DNA from: Moniliella sp. 'wahieum'
Taxonomy: Eukaryota
Length of the DNA: 64,000 nucleotides
Assembly: GCA_003971905.1 (NCBI GenBank)
Contig: RSEE01000018.1
Coordinates: 124,001-188,000 of the forward strand
Reading direction: 5' to 3'
Shown: piece by piece, positions 13,597 through 25,899 of the stretch
Position numbering within the stretch: position 1 is the first letter of the stretch
Layout of the letters: every line of letters begins with the position of its first letter
Notes under the pieces: generated by a model
What the model was told of the DNA's origin: nothing
The model's input: the letters and a program-made list of their open reading frames with translations, nothing else
Databases searched by the model: none
Made by a program: the position numbers and the translations under genes

Positions 13597-14180
13597 GGTT
13601 AGAGTTGTTGCCTGCTGGGCCCTTCTTGCATGAGGAAGCGTAATTCACGCATGGCACGGACCCGTGCATAAGCCGTCTTGAAAGGGCTTCCTGAAGGTCA
13701 GACCAACCGTTAGCCTTCATTGAGTATATGTGCGTGCAGCATCTTCAAGGCGATGACGACAAGCAATGCCGAACTTGATGCGATCCTTCAGGAAGTCGGC
13801 CACCTCGGTGGAGTCAGGATCGGGGTCTGCTGGCAGGTCCTTCTCTGCTGTTGCTCATCCAGAGGCTGGAGCCATTCCTCAAAACGCCACGGTTCCGGCG
13901 CGTAAAGACGGTACGAACACTGCTCAGCGCAGTGAGGGTGGTCTAGCGGCTGCTGAATCTGCCCCTTTTGGCAAGGGAAGCACGAAGTGGCGAGTTGCTC
14001 CTAAAACTAGCGACAGCAATCATCCTCGCGAGCTTCAGTTCAGATGCGCGATAGTCTTCTTCTCGCTGCGCACAAATAGTTTGGCCAAGGTCGAGGCCAT
14101 ATAATGCCCTTGAGAGTGTTCAACGCGAGCGGCCGTATCACGGTCGGTTGCTTGGGTTTCCGAGCAGGAGTTCCGGCCAC
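13597..14180 (-). CDS. Possible small hypothetical gene (structure unresolved)
   Basis: Intron-like signals (GTGCCC...TTCTCAG near 14267-14181; GCTAAC...CAG near 13715-13691) and coding-looking fragments such as DPDSTEVADFLKDRIKFGIA and KTAYARVRAMRELRFLMQEG. No family recognised. Confidence 0.25.
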
Positions 14181-16633
14181 TGAGAAAGATGGGGAGAATT
14201 TCGAAGGAAGAGGGAGGATGGGTTCAAGTCAAAGAATTGGGGAAAGGCGGAGGGCGTGAGGGCACCTTATGCTGCGAGAGGCGTTGGTGGTGCGGTAAAG
14301 GGTGGAGGGTGAGCGAGGCGTCAACTTCGGCGGGCAGCGTGAGGATTATGGTGGTGTCTATAGCTCAGGAGAGGCGCGGAGGGGCGAGAGAAGATTGATG
14401 CGAATGGTTGTGGGGGGAGGCTGCGGGGGGAAGGGAGGAGAGAGGACGAACGAAGCGAGGGCGCGTGAGGGGGCGTGTGGCGTGTGCTGGCACGGCGGGT
14501 GTCTGTCGGAGTTGGGCGTGCGGCGCACGCGTGTGGATATTAATTGCGCGGGGACAGGCGGAGAGGCAGGGGGGCAGATGTTGGGAGCGTACCAACTGCA
14601 AGGGAGGCGCTGCTGCTGGCGCTGCGGCCGCAACGAGCAGCAGGCGGTCGCAGCCGGCATCGCATGTAAGCTCCCGGTGCCTCGGCTGCGCCCTCGGGGC
14701 GCGCGCACACAGAAGTGGGGTGGCGGCGCATGTAGTGTCTGCGCCGAGCAGCCTGCTATTTCCGATGGGCGCCACTAATCGCAGAGCATCCCGCCCCTAG
14801 GATATCCCCACCGGCGCCCTCGCCCCCATAAGAGAGCGCTGCCTCGGCTGTGGCGGCGTCGGCGTGTCCAGCACAGCCTCATCGTCCGCATGCCCATCCT
14901 CACCAAGGCCGCTTCTTTGCGTCGGCAGGCCGCCCGCCCACACCTACGCGCAATATGTCTACACCACCCCCGCCCCTCCGTCCCACTCCTTGCCACCCCA
15001 CCCGCCCCAACCCTCCACCCTCGCCAGCCACAGCCCCCTCGCCGTCCTCTCGCTCAACGGCCCCGCCTCCAACCACGACGATCTGCCACCGCCGCCGCCA
15101 CCGCCGCCCCTCGGCTGCGCTGTTTCCAGCCCGTCCCCTTCCGCCTCCCTCAGCCTCACACGACCCACAGCAACAGTCCTAACCCACCCCTGATGCCTCC
15201 CATGATTCTTCCAAGCCCTTACCGACACCGCCCTACGTATTCGATGCGCCGCCCAGCAAGTCGACTCCCTGACCCAACCCGCTCTCGCCTTCGCCCGCGC
15301 CCGCGGCATGTCTACGCCACCACAGCTGACCCGCCTACGCCCCCCGGTCCCGTCGCCTTCGGCTCCTCGCTGTCCCCCAACCCGATCGGCCTATCTCCCC
15401 AACATGCGCGCAGCCCCCACAGCGTCATGCTTGAAATTCGTCGGCCGGGCTGATACGCGGCCTGGTACGCAATTCCTAATTGTACATGAGCTCGTGGCCA
15501 GTTTCCCTTCTTCCAATCATATCGACATTCGTCGCTGGGTTTGCAAGCCACTCAAAAGCCTTGGCCCTGGACGACAAGTGCTACAAATCTCAGACCAACA
15601 TGGTAACCGCTTACCACGCTCGCCCGAGACATGCGACGGAAGAAATGGGAATGTAGGCCGAGCGTTGGGCCCGCAAGCCGAGAGCTGCTCGGTCTCCCCA
15701 ACATCAGCAGTCCCTCCGTCTTTCGGGAAGCAGCAACGCGTCCCTCACCTCGGTTGCCAAACCCAGCGTCCGATCTACTCCGTCCTCCGAACCAACCCAC
15801 AACTCGGGCACGCTTCTGTTTTCGGTTCAGTTCCACCCGCCTCACCCTGGCCAACCGCCGCTCGTGCGCCTTCCCACCAATTATGCGGGGAACAGAGAAA
15901 GGGCCGCATTGGCCCCCGCGGTGGACACGTTACTCATCGTTCCGAGCCAAGAGAGTTTGACCAGGTGGAACGTCACCACAACGTGGGGTCGGGTTTGGTC
16001 AAAGTACAGGCCCATTGGCTTCCGCACCCTGGCCAACGTACATGGTACCGTATACATCTTATGTGGTGATAAGTGTGTAGGATGCGAGAGCTGACACCCA
16101 CCCATTCCTGTTTGCTAGTTGCGCCTTACGTCGATACCTTTTTGGCTTCCATGTTGGCCATTGCGGGCGGCTGGAGGAAGCAGTATTGGAACAGCCACCA
16201 TCTGCCTACTAATCTCCTCTGTCTGCTTTGTTTGGTTTTGTTCTTCTTTCCTCGTTCGCCTGACAGCAAACAAGTTGCCATCACACCCCATCTCACGGAT
16301 CGAATCTCCCTCTCTTTCTCCATACCCCCTTTACCGTCTCTGATCCCCTCTACTCTCAGTTAGTTACGAACGAAGTGCATGTACAATGGCGTGGAAACAC
16401 GCATTTCAAATGACGACACGGTTTGAATTGGTTTGTTTGTAGAGCGATGCTGTAGAAGGAAAAGGGCTCAAACAGGACACGGATCAAGCTGTTAAAAACG
16501 GGATCAAGTATAGTAGCGCGCGTTAAATTGGGCCAAATTGGATCGAGCCGGATGGAACCAAAGAGATGCAACTAATGGATCCATCGCGATCCACAGGAAA
16601 ACGGCTGGCATGACCGACGCCACCCCGGGCCAA

Positions 16634-17541
16634 TCATTCTTCTCCAGGCTCGCCACCTCACTCTTGAGCTGGAGAACCAAACCAAGGGGTGACACGATTG
16701 CAGAGCACGTACGTAGGGCCAAAGGTCGTAAAGGTCGTAATCGCCGTGACGTGAAAAAGCGGTCGTATAATAATAGTTGTCGTGTTGGTTGGGTATATAC
16801 GAAAAAGAGGGCCGGGCACACGCAGTCGCACGTGGAGATACCACCCAACGGCACGAGGCGAAGAGCCAGGAAAAACAGAAAAAGCAAAAGCAGAACAGAT
16901 CAGATCAGAACAGAATGGTGTAAGCGGTAGGCAAGACCAGACCACTAAGCCAAAACACAAGGCAACCCCCCGCCGTTGAAGGTGCACGGTGTGAGGAAGA
17001 ATGGTAGGAAAAGGAGGGACAGGGAGAGGGTGAGGGAGGGAAAGGAGATGGCAACTGCTTCTACCTCACGCAATCGTGCACTGCATGCCTTGAGGCTTTT
17101 GAGAGGAAGAGGGGCCTACCTTTTCAATTTCCTTCTTGTGAGCCTCGATTTTCTCTTTGTCTGTTGAACGCCACAGTCAGGGAACAGCTCGGCAAGGAGG
17201 GAAGAAGGGAAGAAGGGAAGAAGGGAAGAAGGGAAGAAGGGAAGAAGGAAGAAGGGAGAAGGGAAGAAGGGAAGAAGGGAAGAAAGGAAGAAAGGAAGAA
17301 GGGAGAAGAAAGGAAGAAAGGAAGAAGGGAGGGAGAGATGATGATACGCACACTTCTTGAGCTTCTCCCGCTCCTGAGATTGGACATAAAACGTTTCCTC
17401 TCCCTGTTCGCGGTTCTTGAACGAAGTGGACGACGCGGTGGCCCCAGCCGACGGCGACGTGGTCGGGCCCGAGACAAAGCGCACTTGAGCCAAACGCGGG
17501 GCGGCAGAGAGAAGCGAGCGTCGAGCGGGTGCAGCGAGCAT
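16634..17541 (-). CDS. INH1: Mitochondrial F1Fo-ATPase inhibitor IF1 (IATP family), 3 exons
   Basis: Presequence-like MLAAPARRSLLSAAPRLAQVRFVS, then GATASSTSFKNREQGEETFYVQSQEREKLKK. Intron 17351-17161 (GTGCGT..CAG), exon YKEKIEAHKKEIEK, putative intron 17119-16669 (GTAGGC..CAG), last exon LKSEVASLEK. The stop requires one indel. Confidence 0.85.
17197..17335 (+). repeat. Pure-purine (GGGAAGAA)n-like repeat inside IF1 intron 1
   Basis: About 140 nt made only of A and G, with an 8-nt period. Confidence 0.9.
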
Positions 17542-18359
17542 GGCGTACAACAAAAGGTGGAGGTGGTAGTTGGCGAGAGGACGATCAGAGGGTGGTGGGG
17601 GGACGGGAGCTTGGTGGCGGGGGGGGGAAACAGCAACCGCAACAGGCAGGGTGGGGGGGTGGGGGGGTTCAAGACACGGTGGGTGACTCAAGATTCAGGG
17701 GATGAATCGCAATATAGGAGACTGACTGCACGTGCACGGCCCACCCCACTTTTTTGCACTGCCGCGTGCCGCAAGCTTCACGCTTCACGCTTCAAGCCGC
17801 CCCCCACACGCGCGGGTGGCAGCACGGGGGCAGCCACATCCATGTTCAGAACCCTTGCGGCCCATTGCGCCTGGTGGGGATGGGAAAAAACATATATAAG
17901 TGTGTGGCCACATAACACAAGGCAGATGCATGTGCAAGTTCTGGCGGGGCCGCGGTGCTCTTGGATCCAAGGTCACCCACCGGTCTGTAGCCCACCGCTC
18001 CGGATTAGCATCGTGTCCCTGTTCCGTGTAGTCAGTCCACCCTTTCCCCCCGTTCCCACAGAGAAGAGAAAAGGGTTATTAAAAGGGGTGTGTCAGCGCA
18101 TCATGCATGCAGCTGATCACGCATCACGCATCGCGCTGTTCTATCCGACTCTCCCCATGTTCTGCCCCTAACGGGCTCCTCTTGGAATAGATCCATCACC
18201 TCCTCCCTCTCTCTTCTTCTCTCCGTAGGCCTTTGTCCTCTTTTAACAAGGGGATCGGCATTAGGGTTTGGGAGGCTGCGGAGAGGTTTTGACATGCTTT
18301 TCTCGTCGCCGGCAGTCACTGACCCATGTAAATATGTGGCAGATTGTTGGTATATTCAT

Positions 18360-18468
18360 GAGAGGTGAGAGATAGAGATGAGAGATGAGAGATGAGAGAC
18401 GAGAGACGAGAGAGAGAGAGATGAGAGAGAGAGATGAGAGATGAGAGACGAGAGATGAGAGATGAGAA
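18360..18468 (+). repeat. (GAGAGAT/GAGAC)n low-complexity microsatellite
   Basis: Directly visible: gagatgagagatgagagatgagagacgagagacgagagagag. Confidence 0.9.
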
Positions 18469-18916
18469 GACCTCGAGTATGATGTCGCCCCTTGTAGTCT
18501 TCGAGGGTGATCATGCAGCCGCACTATAGTGTTGGTGATTGTGCCAAACTACCCGACAACACTTACAGAGGGACAACCAGCAGCCAGGCATCAGCACGTA
18601 TTATTCTGTACGCACTCTCCCGATCGCCATTGAACAACAGAAGTGACATACCCATGGGAGCGCCTGTGCGTGCAGCACCACCGCGCCATCCTTCTATCTC
18701 ATCGACACGAGCTTTGGATACGATACGTCTATGCACTATCCGACGAAGAATGTAGACGGTGAAAAATAGGCATGCAAGAATACCAACAGCTGCATGATGG
18801 GGTAGAACACCACAGCACGGAAGACACAACAAATCATGAATAGGACTTACAGGCCCACATGCAGGTGATCCGTAGTGCCCCCCAGGCAGATCTGGACAGT
18901 CCGTGAGCCACATGAC

Positions 18917-20715
18917 TTAGTCGCCCGCAGCGAACTTGGAAGAAGAACGGAACTTAGCGCCCGTCATGTAGAAGAAGAAGGGGATGGGGAGCATTCCAAC
19001 GGCAATATAAAGCCAAGCAAAGAGCCTGCCCACTGGTTCGCATGTGATGGTACATGGGTGCGACAAACAATGGCACAGCCGAGGCGCAAAGCGAAGGAGA
19101 GTAGCGTCTTGGCCGCCAAGGCGAGGCCGCATAGCTCGGGTAAACATCCAACCAGGTAGTTGTTGGCGCTCAAGTAGACACTGACGAAAGCAAATCCCAG
19201 AGTCATACCACCGCCAATGCAGGGGCCAGTCCAGTGAACAAACGGCATGCTGGTCCAGGCCAAAATGAACAGACCACAGGGAAGAATGACCGCGCCAATC
19301 ATCATTAGCGGCAAACGATCTCGGGGGTATTTCCCACTTGCGCCCTTGGGCCAATCGCTTGGCAGCCGCGCGCTTGTACATAGGCTCGTTCACAAGATGA
19401 CAAATGTCAGCGCCCAACAGAATACCACAACAATTGACATAAAGGCGGTTCGGTCAAGCCTTCATGAAGTGGTGACCCTCGAGGAAAATGATCGGGAAGG
19501 CAAAGAAGAGAAGGTAAAGCAGGGCTGTACACAAGCAAGTGTCAGTACCACCTTCTCAGGATCATGGGATCTTAAGCACATACAGTGATAAGGCAAAGGT
19601 AAAGAGAGAAAAGAGTGAGGATCGCTTCCTTGACAAGCATCTCAAACGGACGGAAAAGAGAGATAACCATGTCTTGGTGAAACTGAGCTCGGTACGTTCC
19701 ATCGCAGTCTGGTATCGATCGTCACCAGTCTTTTTACGCAACTTCCTGGCCCGGGCCTTCAGGATGGCCGAGCCAAGGGTTTCAGGAACAATGATCATGA
19801 TAACAAGCATGATAAATGTGTAGGCAAAGAGAGTCCAATAAATCCAGCGCCAACCCTTGTAAATGGATGTACCCGTGGCGATCCAGCCACCGATGAGAGG
19901 TCCCATGGCGGGCCCAAGGAAGAGCACATAGAAAAGATGGCCATAGGGATACCTTTTTCCTCGACCTTCCAGATATCCGACAGGGTACCCCCACATCGTC
20001 ATGGGTGCGACGCGGCCAAGCCGGCAATCATGCGGCAAGCTAAAAAGCGTAGCCAGATTTTGGGAAATTGCGCATGGGAAACGTGAAAGACTGAGATGAG
20101 ATATGACATATGTGACAGCTCAGCAAGCAACCCCAGCGCAACCATGCTGGAATACGTACGCCAGTAGAGGATACCAGTAGCCAGATAAACGGGGCGCGAC
20201 CGATAAACTCAGAAAGGGGAGCGAAGAGCATGGGTCCAAACCCAAAGCCAGCAACGAAGAGAGTAATAGAGAGGTTGGACGATACCATCGCCACGTGCAA
20301 ATTGGCAGCAGCACCCTCAAGGTCACCAGTGGGCATGGAAGACCCAATGGCCATGCAAAAGCACAGTGCTGATGTGAACGAAGTAATTGCCCTGTTAGAG
20401 ATTGTGTCAGTGTCGGCCGCTGAGTGAGAAGGGAATGAGAGTAGGATGTGTACGGCCATTTTTTATGGTGCCGGAAGTTGCGAGGGTTGTCAGGATCATT
20501 CGGACCAACTCGACCAGAAAAGGGTCTGCTTCTCATCCTCAGCTGTACGAGAGCGGCTGGAGGTCGTATCATCAACCAGAGCGCCCTCGGCGTCATTTAC
20601 TTCCGGTTCTTCATTGGACAGAGCATCATCGTGCGAGTAAATCCTAGTGGCAGGTTCGGGCAAGTGCGACGTGTTCACGCCTTGACACGCGCGAACCGAT
20701 GGGAGCAGGAGTCAT
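18917..20715 (-). CDS. MFS multidrug/polyamine transporter, DHA1 family
   Basis: Motifs GPNDPDNPRNF..KKW, LSITLFVAGFGFGPMLFAPLSEFIGR, FLGPAMGPLIGGWI..GWRWIYW...PETLGSAILKARARKLRKKTGD and C-terminal PIPFFFYMTGAKFRSSSKFA. Confidence 0.9.
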
Positions 20716-23046
20716 GCCAAAGTCATCGGGCGAGGTGAATGTGGGAGGCTCCAGAGCTCGGTTCTCAAAGGAATGGTCAGCTGAGGACGAGACTCGCGCA
20801 TTTCGTTTACTGGGCATTTTCCGCCTTTTCGTTGACACGATGAGGGTCGGCCGCAGTAGTGGATTCAGAGGCGGAGGAAGCGCTGTTGTTGTCTGCCGTT
20901 TCAGCAGACCCAGTATGCGGCCCACGGAGACCATGATCGATGGATAAGATGTGGGATCAATGGATCTCTGGCCTCAAGGCGGGTGCGAATCGCTCGGTTC
21001 TCGTTCAAAGGCCACGAGTACGTGGCTGGCAATGGGACAAAGGGGTTGGGCAATCGTGAGAGTAGCGAAAGGAAACACGAGCAAAGAATCAGCAAAGAGA
21101 ACCGACGGTTATATACTGACTGGAAGACATGTATGGATCGGGCGATATATGAACGCCGTTTGTGCAGGTCGCTCTCGACATTGGTTTTCGATGTCTTCTG
21201 TATCAAATGTGACGTCAAATGCGATGCATGACTGGCTGGCTTGGGGCGCGATGACGCGACAGCAGGCAACAGCGCCTTCGCCTGCATCAGCACAAGGCGT
21301 AACCTGGTGCATGAGACACGGTGCTACGCGTTGTACACATTTGACCCATATGTGCATTAGATTTATGTGGTCCTGTCTTGGCGTCAGCTCCGGGATCTAA
21401 GCGTCGCATCTTCCCTGCTTAAATCTTAACGCTCTCTTGAAGGTTCGGCTTCAAGGCTGAGCTTCAGCCTCAGCTTCCGTCCGCCTCACAGGGTTCCTAC
21501 TGTGATTAATGATTGGGCTTAGTATGCACTTGCACTATGCTGTTTGGAACGAGCGCAGGGCAGCAAGAGGACCTACTGTGATGATGAGACCTGTGGACTC
21601 GAGGGCAATGCATCGCACTGGTGTGGTGGTGGTCTAACCCAAGTCAGCACCGCCTACAGATGAGGAACATCAAGCAGTCCTCATGCATCAGTCGTGCCAT
21701 GAGACCTGAGGCCGGGAGTCTCTATAGGCTGCTGCTAAGGTGACGCCGGTGACGGGTGACGGATTGCTTGACATGATGCATGATGTATGATGGGACGTGC
21801 GACGGCTTGCGGCCGCGTGTTGCGATGTAAGATGTGTAGTATGGTGGCGCCCTGGTCGCTACGGTGGCCAGTGCGTGCGAGCTTCATGGACCCGATAACT
21901 GGATTACTCATTACTCAGCTGAGTACTCATTGCCTCTGCAGGTATGCAACTCTCAGAACGACTTTCTGCTCGATGGTCATCCGGTCATCGGTCCTCATCG
22001 ATCATCGATCATTAATCATCGACCATCTAACGTCTAACATCGATCAAAAAGCCACAGCTGATGGCCTCATAGATCAGCTGGGACGCCGGCTGTCCGGGTG
22101 CCTCCTTTTGTATGACCCTTGTCCATCCTGTGTGTCTCGATCGCAGGTTGCTCGGGATGCTCTTGGGACTGCATTATCGAAATCTGAGCTGACTAAGACT
22201 TGTCTTGGGCAAATGGGTTGCCACAGGGGGAACCCACTAATTATACACTTTTTTTTCACCCTGTGTATAGTGCTACTTAAACATGCAAAAAGCACGCCAG
22301 GGAACCCTCTTGACATTCTCGCTGTAGCGAGCACCGCTCTGTGTTGGTATCTAGAATTGGAAGGACCCGTGAACGTCGTCGCGAACGTTGGATTTGATTG
22401 ACATGTGACGCCTATATCGATAGATCTCGACGTAGAGATCAACGCCCCAACGAAGCACTCGCTTGTTCCGTGCCCGATGCCTGCAGAGGCCCAAGGTCTG
22501 AGGAAGGCCCAAGCGCTGAGAGGGGCCTGAGGGCCTAAGCCTGACGGCGCAGAGGACTGGGGCTCTGATATCCGATGTCGCTGAGGGCCTTTATTAGGGC
22601 TGAGGGCCTCTCTGTGAAGCTTTGTTGCCTCTCTAGCTGAGATGCTGAGGACATTTATATCGGGCTGAGACGCTGAGGATGCTGAGGCCTGAGGAGCCTC
22701 CAACTGGGGTGGCTGGGGGGTTGATCTTCGTCAGCTGGTCACCTGCGCCGGTTACCGGTGAAGGCCCATGCCCTATATTAGGGCTTAGCGCTAAGGCTTA
22801 GCGTTATAGAAGCATCTCGGACAGAGTACGATGATAGTGGGGCGTCCGGAGGACGATGTATCATGGTGAGTAGTACGATGATTCCGGTGTGGCCTGTGAT
22901 GTGGAACCTGGTCTGCCCCCTCATCCGTCCGTAGTCTCCGGTCATGCACATGCATTTTGGTCCTGGGACGCTCGAGTCAAAAGCTGCCTGGCAACGTCCT
23001 TTCCACTGGTCTCGAGAGAGTCACGTATACTCGAGTCACCTCCATG

Positions 23047-23415
23047 TGTTGGGGTTCAACGTTCACTAAGAACAAACAAAGGGACCAACGAAAATCCTTG
23101 ACGAGAGAAAGAGTCAAGGTTGGAATGGCAGGTTATAGGCCCGACCCTGGGGGGGGCAGGGAAAGAGGACAGATGTTGGAAGAGACTTTTGCGGGCCAAA
23201 TTACGACGCCAAAGGTGTGGGAGAGGAATAGAACATCAAAGGTGCTGAAGGAGGAGTGGAATGGAGGATGTGGTTCTGAGGAGAGGTACAGGAGGCTATG
23301 AGAAGGGTAGGGCCTTATATAGACGAGGGTACCGCGGAGCTGAGGAAGCTTCCGGGCGGATAAGAGGGGGGTAATGACTATCACGCGGATGTGCGTGATT
23401 GGGCATCGCCCCACA
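23047..23415 (-). mobile_element. Possible solo or relic LTR of a second family
   Basis: Bounded by TGTTGGGG...CCCCACA. Minus-strand CTATATAAGG (23313-23322) is followed by a C/T-rich tract. Contains Copia-PBS-like GGTTATAGGCCC at 23131-23142. No TSD found. Confidence 0.35.
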
Positions 23416-23484
23416 AAAGGATGCCACATATTCTCCTGTTTGCTATACTCAGAGGGTTGTGTGGCTGGCTGTGTACCATATACC

Positions 23485-23735
23485 TGCTAGAGTGCGACTG
23501 GGAGCACTCGCGATCCTAGGATCAGCTGCGAAGCAGCCTTCAGACAAGGCATGAAGGCAAAGTGGGAGCCACAAGTCTTCAAGCAACGTCTGAAGGGAAG
23601 GAGAAAGGAGAGAGAGAAGGGAGTGAGAGCGAGCAGGGGTGCGCGGCCTGCGAGCGGAACGCTTCCGACTCGGCTGGCGAGCGTCACCGATCCATTGAGG
23701 GCCCCGCAGGAGAAACCCTAGCAGTACCTCTAACA
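23485..23735 (-). repeat. 3' LTR
   Basis: Near-identical to 27191-27443 (mostly single-base indels). TG...CA ends with an imperfect 8-bp terminal inverted repeat. Confidence 0.9.
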
Positions 23736-23899
23736 GCCCCCTCGGTGAGCTCGCCAGACACAGGTGTGGTGGTCCTCGGCCAAGGGCCAAGGCATGGATG
23801 AAAGAAGAAGAAAGGATGTCTCCAGCGCCTCTGGTCAAAAAGTGAAAGGAAAAAAATTGGCAAGCGATGTTGCAAAGTCGAGGGTAAGAGAAACAGTAG

Positions 23900-24260
23900 A
23901 TTCAACGCATGGAGGTAAGGAGGAAGCGTAGAAAGTCACAGAGGTCATTCAACTGGAAGTATAAACAATGTTCCAAGTCGAAACAGGATGTTCAGTGAGT
24001 ATGAGGGAGGAAAGTAGAAGTCATAGAGGTCGATTCAACTTGGAGGTAGAAAAAACATGTTCCAAGTCGAAAGAGTATGTTGAACGTGTGCAGGTAAGGA
24101 AGTTTTGAAAGTCATAGAGGTCGATTCTCAACTTGGAGATATAGACAACATATGCCAAGTCGAACCGAAGCCAAAGTCGAACAGAAAACGTAAGTTGGAG
24201 GTCGAGAGTAGAGCCATAGAAGGCAATTCAACTGGAAAAGAAACCAACAAGTCAAGTGGC
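23900..24260 (-). repeat. Degenerate ~87-100 bp tandem array, about 4 copies, inside the LTR element
   Basis: AAGTCAYAGAGGTC(G)ATTCAACT(T)GG...CCAAGTCGAA recurs near 23933, 24018 and 24109, with a degenerate copy near 24211. Confidence 0.75.
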
Positions 24261-24469
24261 ACAGTCATGAAAAGAGAAAAAGGACCAAATTCGGAACAGA
24301 AAAAAGATGACGACTGGTTCAACCGCCACGCGGACCAGCGTCAACGATGGTTCAAAAGTTACCTTGTAGGTGATCAGTACACTTCGCAAGCAGCACCGCT
24401 GGCAAAGGAGCGACCAAAGTCTTCCGGGCCCGGGTCAGGGATGAAAGTGCAACGGCTGCCCATGTAGCG

Positions 24470-25085
24470 TACACTAGAGACAGTGCCTCCCGTCTTGAGA
24501 CAGCCAAAGAAACTCCCACTTGGGCCAGAAAGGAAACCATAGCCGCCCATGCAGCCCACATAGTTAACAGCACCGCCAATCTTGGAACGGTCAAGGTACC
24601 CGCGCCGGGTCAGGTAGGAAACGGCCAAACCATTAGTGTAACCTAAACCGTCAACAGCGCCACTGCTCTTGAGACGGTCGAAAGTATCCCCCGCCCGGGT
24701 CAAGTAGAAAATTGCCACAACCATTAGTGTAGCCGAAACTGTCAACAGTAGCACTGGTCTTGGGACGGTCAAGTACCCCCCGCCGTGTCAAAGAGGAAAC
24801 TGCCACCGCTGTCAGTGTGGCCCAAACTGTCAACAGCAGCACTGGTCTTGGGACGGCCAAAGTACCCCCCGCCCAGGTCAGATAGGAAAGTGCCACCGCT
24901 TCCCGTGTAGCCCAAAACATAAACGGTGCCCCCGATCGTGGATCGGTCAAAGTACCACTGGTCTGAGTCAGGTAAGAAACTGCCACAGCCGCCCGTGTAG
25001 CCCAATCGTAAACGGCGCCTGTGATCTTGGAACGATCAAAATACCACCCGCCCGGGTCAGATAGGAAGCCGTCAGAACCGCCCAT
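24470..25085 (-). repeat. ~90 bp tandem array, about 7 copies, reading as 30-aa units
   Basis: Anchors (GTCAACAG/TAAACGG) near 24564, 24650, 24741, 24829, 24920 and 25009. The minus-strand unit approximates GYTNGCGNFLLDPGGGYFDRPKTSATVDSF. Confidence 0.85.
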
Positions 25086-25564
25086 CATGTTGGGTGCAAT
25101 GGGAGAGCGAGACGTTAAAGCAGAGCACACAAGAGGGCCAACGAGTCCGCACATTACCTCCCTAGTAACCAAGTAAGAAGGGCAGCTAGGGTGGATTGCG
25201 TCGGTGGGCCCGGCCTTGGGACCTCAGATCAGTATCAATATTCTCTTCCGACATGACAATGTGTGCCTGAGGATCGGTACCGTGCCGTACGCAATTTGGA
25301 ACAGGCAGGCCTGCCAACACATGGTGAGATCGCTGAAAAGGGTGGGTGGGAGGGAACAGTAAGGCAAGGTGGTCCGGGCGCGTAAATGCATGTGCGGAAG
25401 GACGGGGGTAGCCCCCCTTTTTTCCCGCATCCCGTCGATGGCCGCAAGCTCTGACACAGCGGCTCGCCTTCCCTGCGTATGGTGCTAGGCCGACCATGCA
25501 AAGCTTGTCCGCAAGCTCGGCGACCGTTAATTCTCCATGTCCAGCCGCCAGGTCGACACCGCCA

Positions 25565-25815
25565 CAGCCATCGGCCCCCTTGATCGGACGCTCGGCCAAT
25601 AGCAGCGCACGACATCGGTCCCCCTTGGTCAGGCACCAGGCCGACACGTCCACACGCCATCGGCCCCCCTTTGTCAGGCGCTGGCCAATGCACCACACGC
25701 TATCGGCCCCCTTTGTCAGGCGCTTGGCCAATGGCACCACACGCGGTCGGCCCCCTTTGTCGGGCGCCTGGCCAATAGCACCTCACGCTATCGGCCCCCC
25801 TTGGTCGGGTGCCTG
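25565..25815 (-). repeat. ~44-45 bp tandem array, 6 copies
   Basis: ATCGGCCCCC(C)TT(T/G)GTC(A/G)GGCGC-TGGCCAAT-like units near 25570, 25614, 25659, 25703, 25746 and 25790. Confidence 0.85.
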
Positions 25816-25899
25816 ATGGACGTCAATGGGAACCGGGCCACCAAGCGCCTGATCGGGTGCCTGATCCTGAGCCACGATAGCAACTGACATGGGCCTGGT

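Noticed and set aside
16669..17119. Intronic snoRNA in the long IF1 intron
   Set aside because: I could not find a convincing box C/D pair with terminal stem or an H/ACA structure.
25186..25290. Copia RNase H remnant (VMSEENIDTDL)
   Set aside because: The similarity to the ADxxTK motif is too weak and no upstream RT or RNase H motifs are present.
24470..25815. CRISPR-like repeat-spacer arrays
   Set aside because: The context is eukaryotic, the variable parts are homologous to each other rather than unique spacers, and no cas genes are present.
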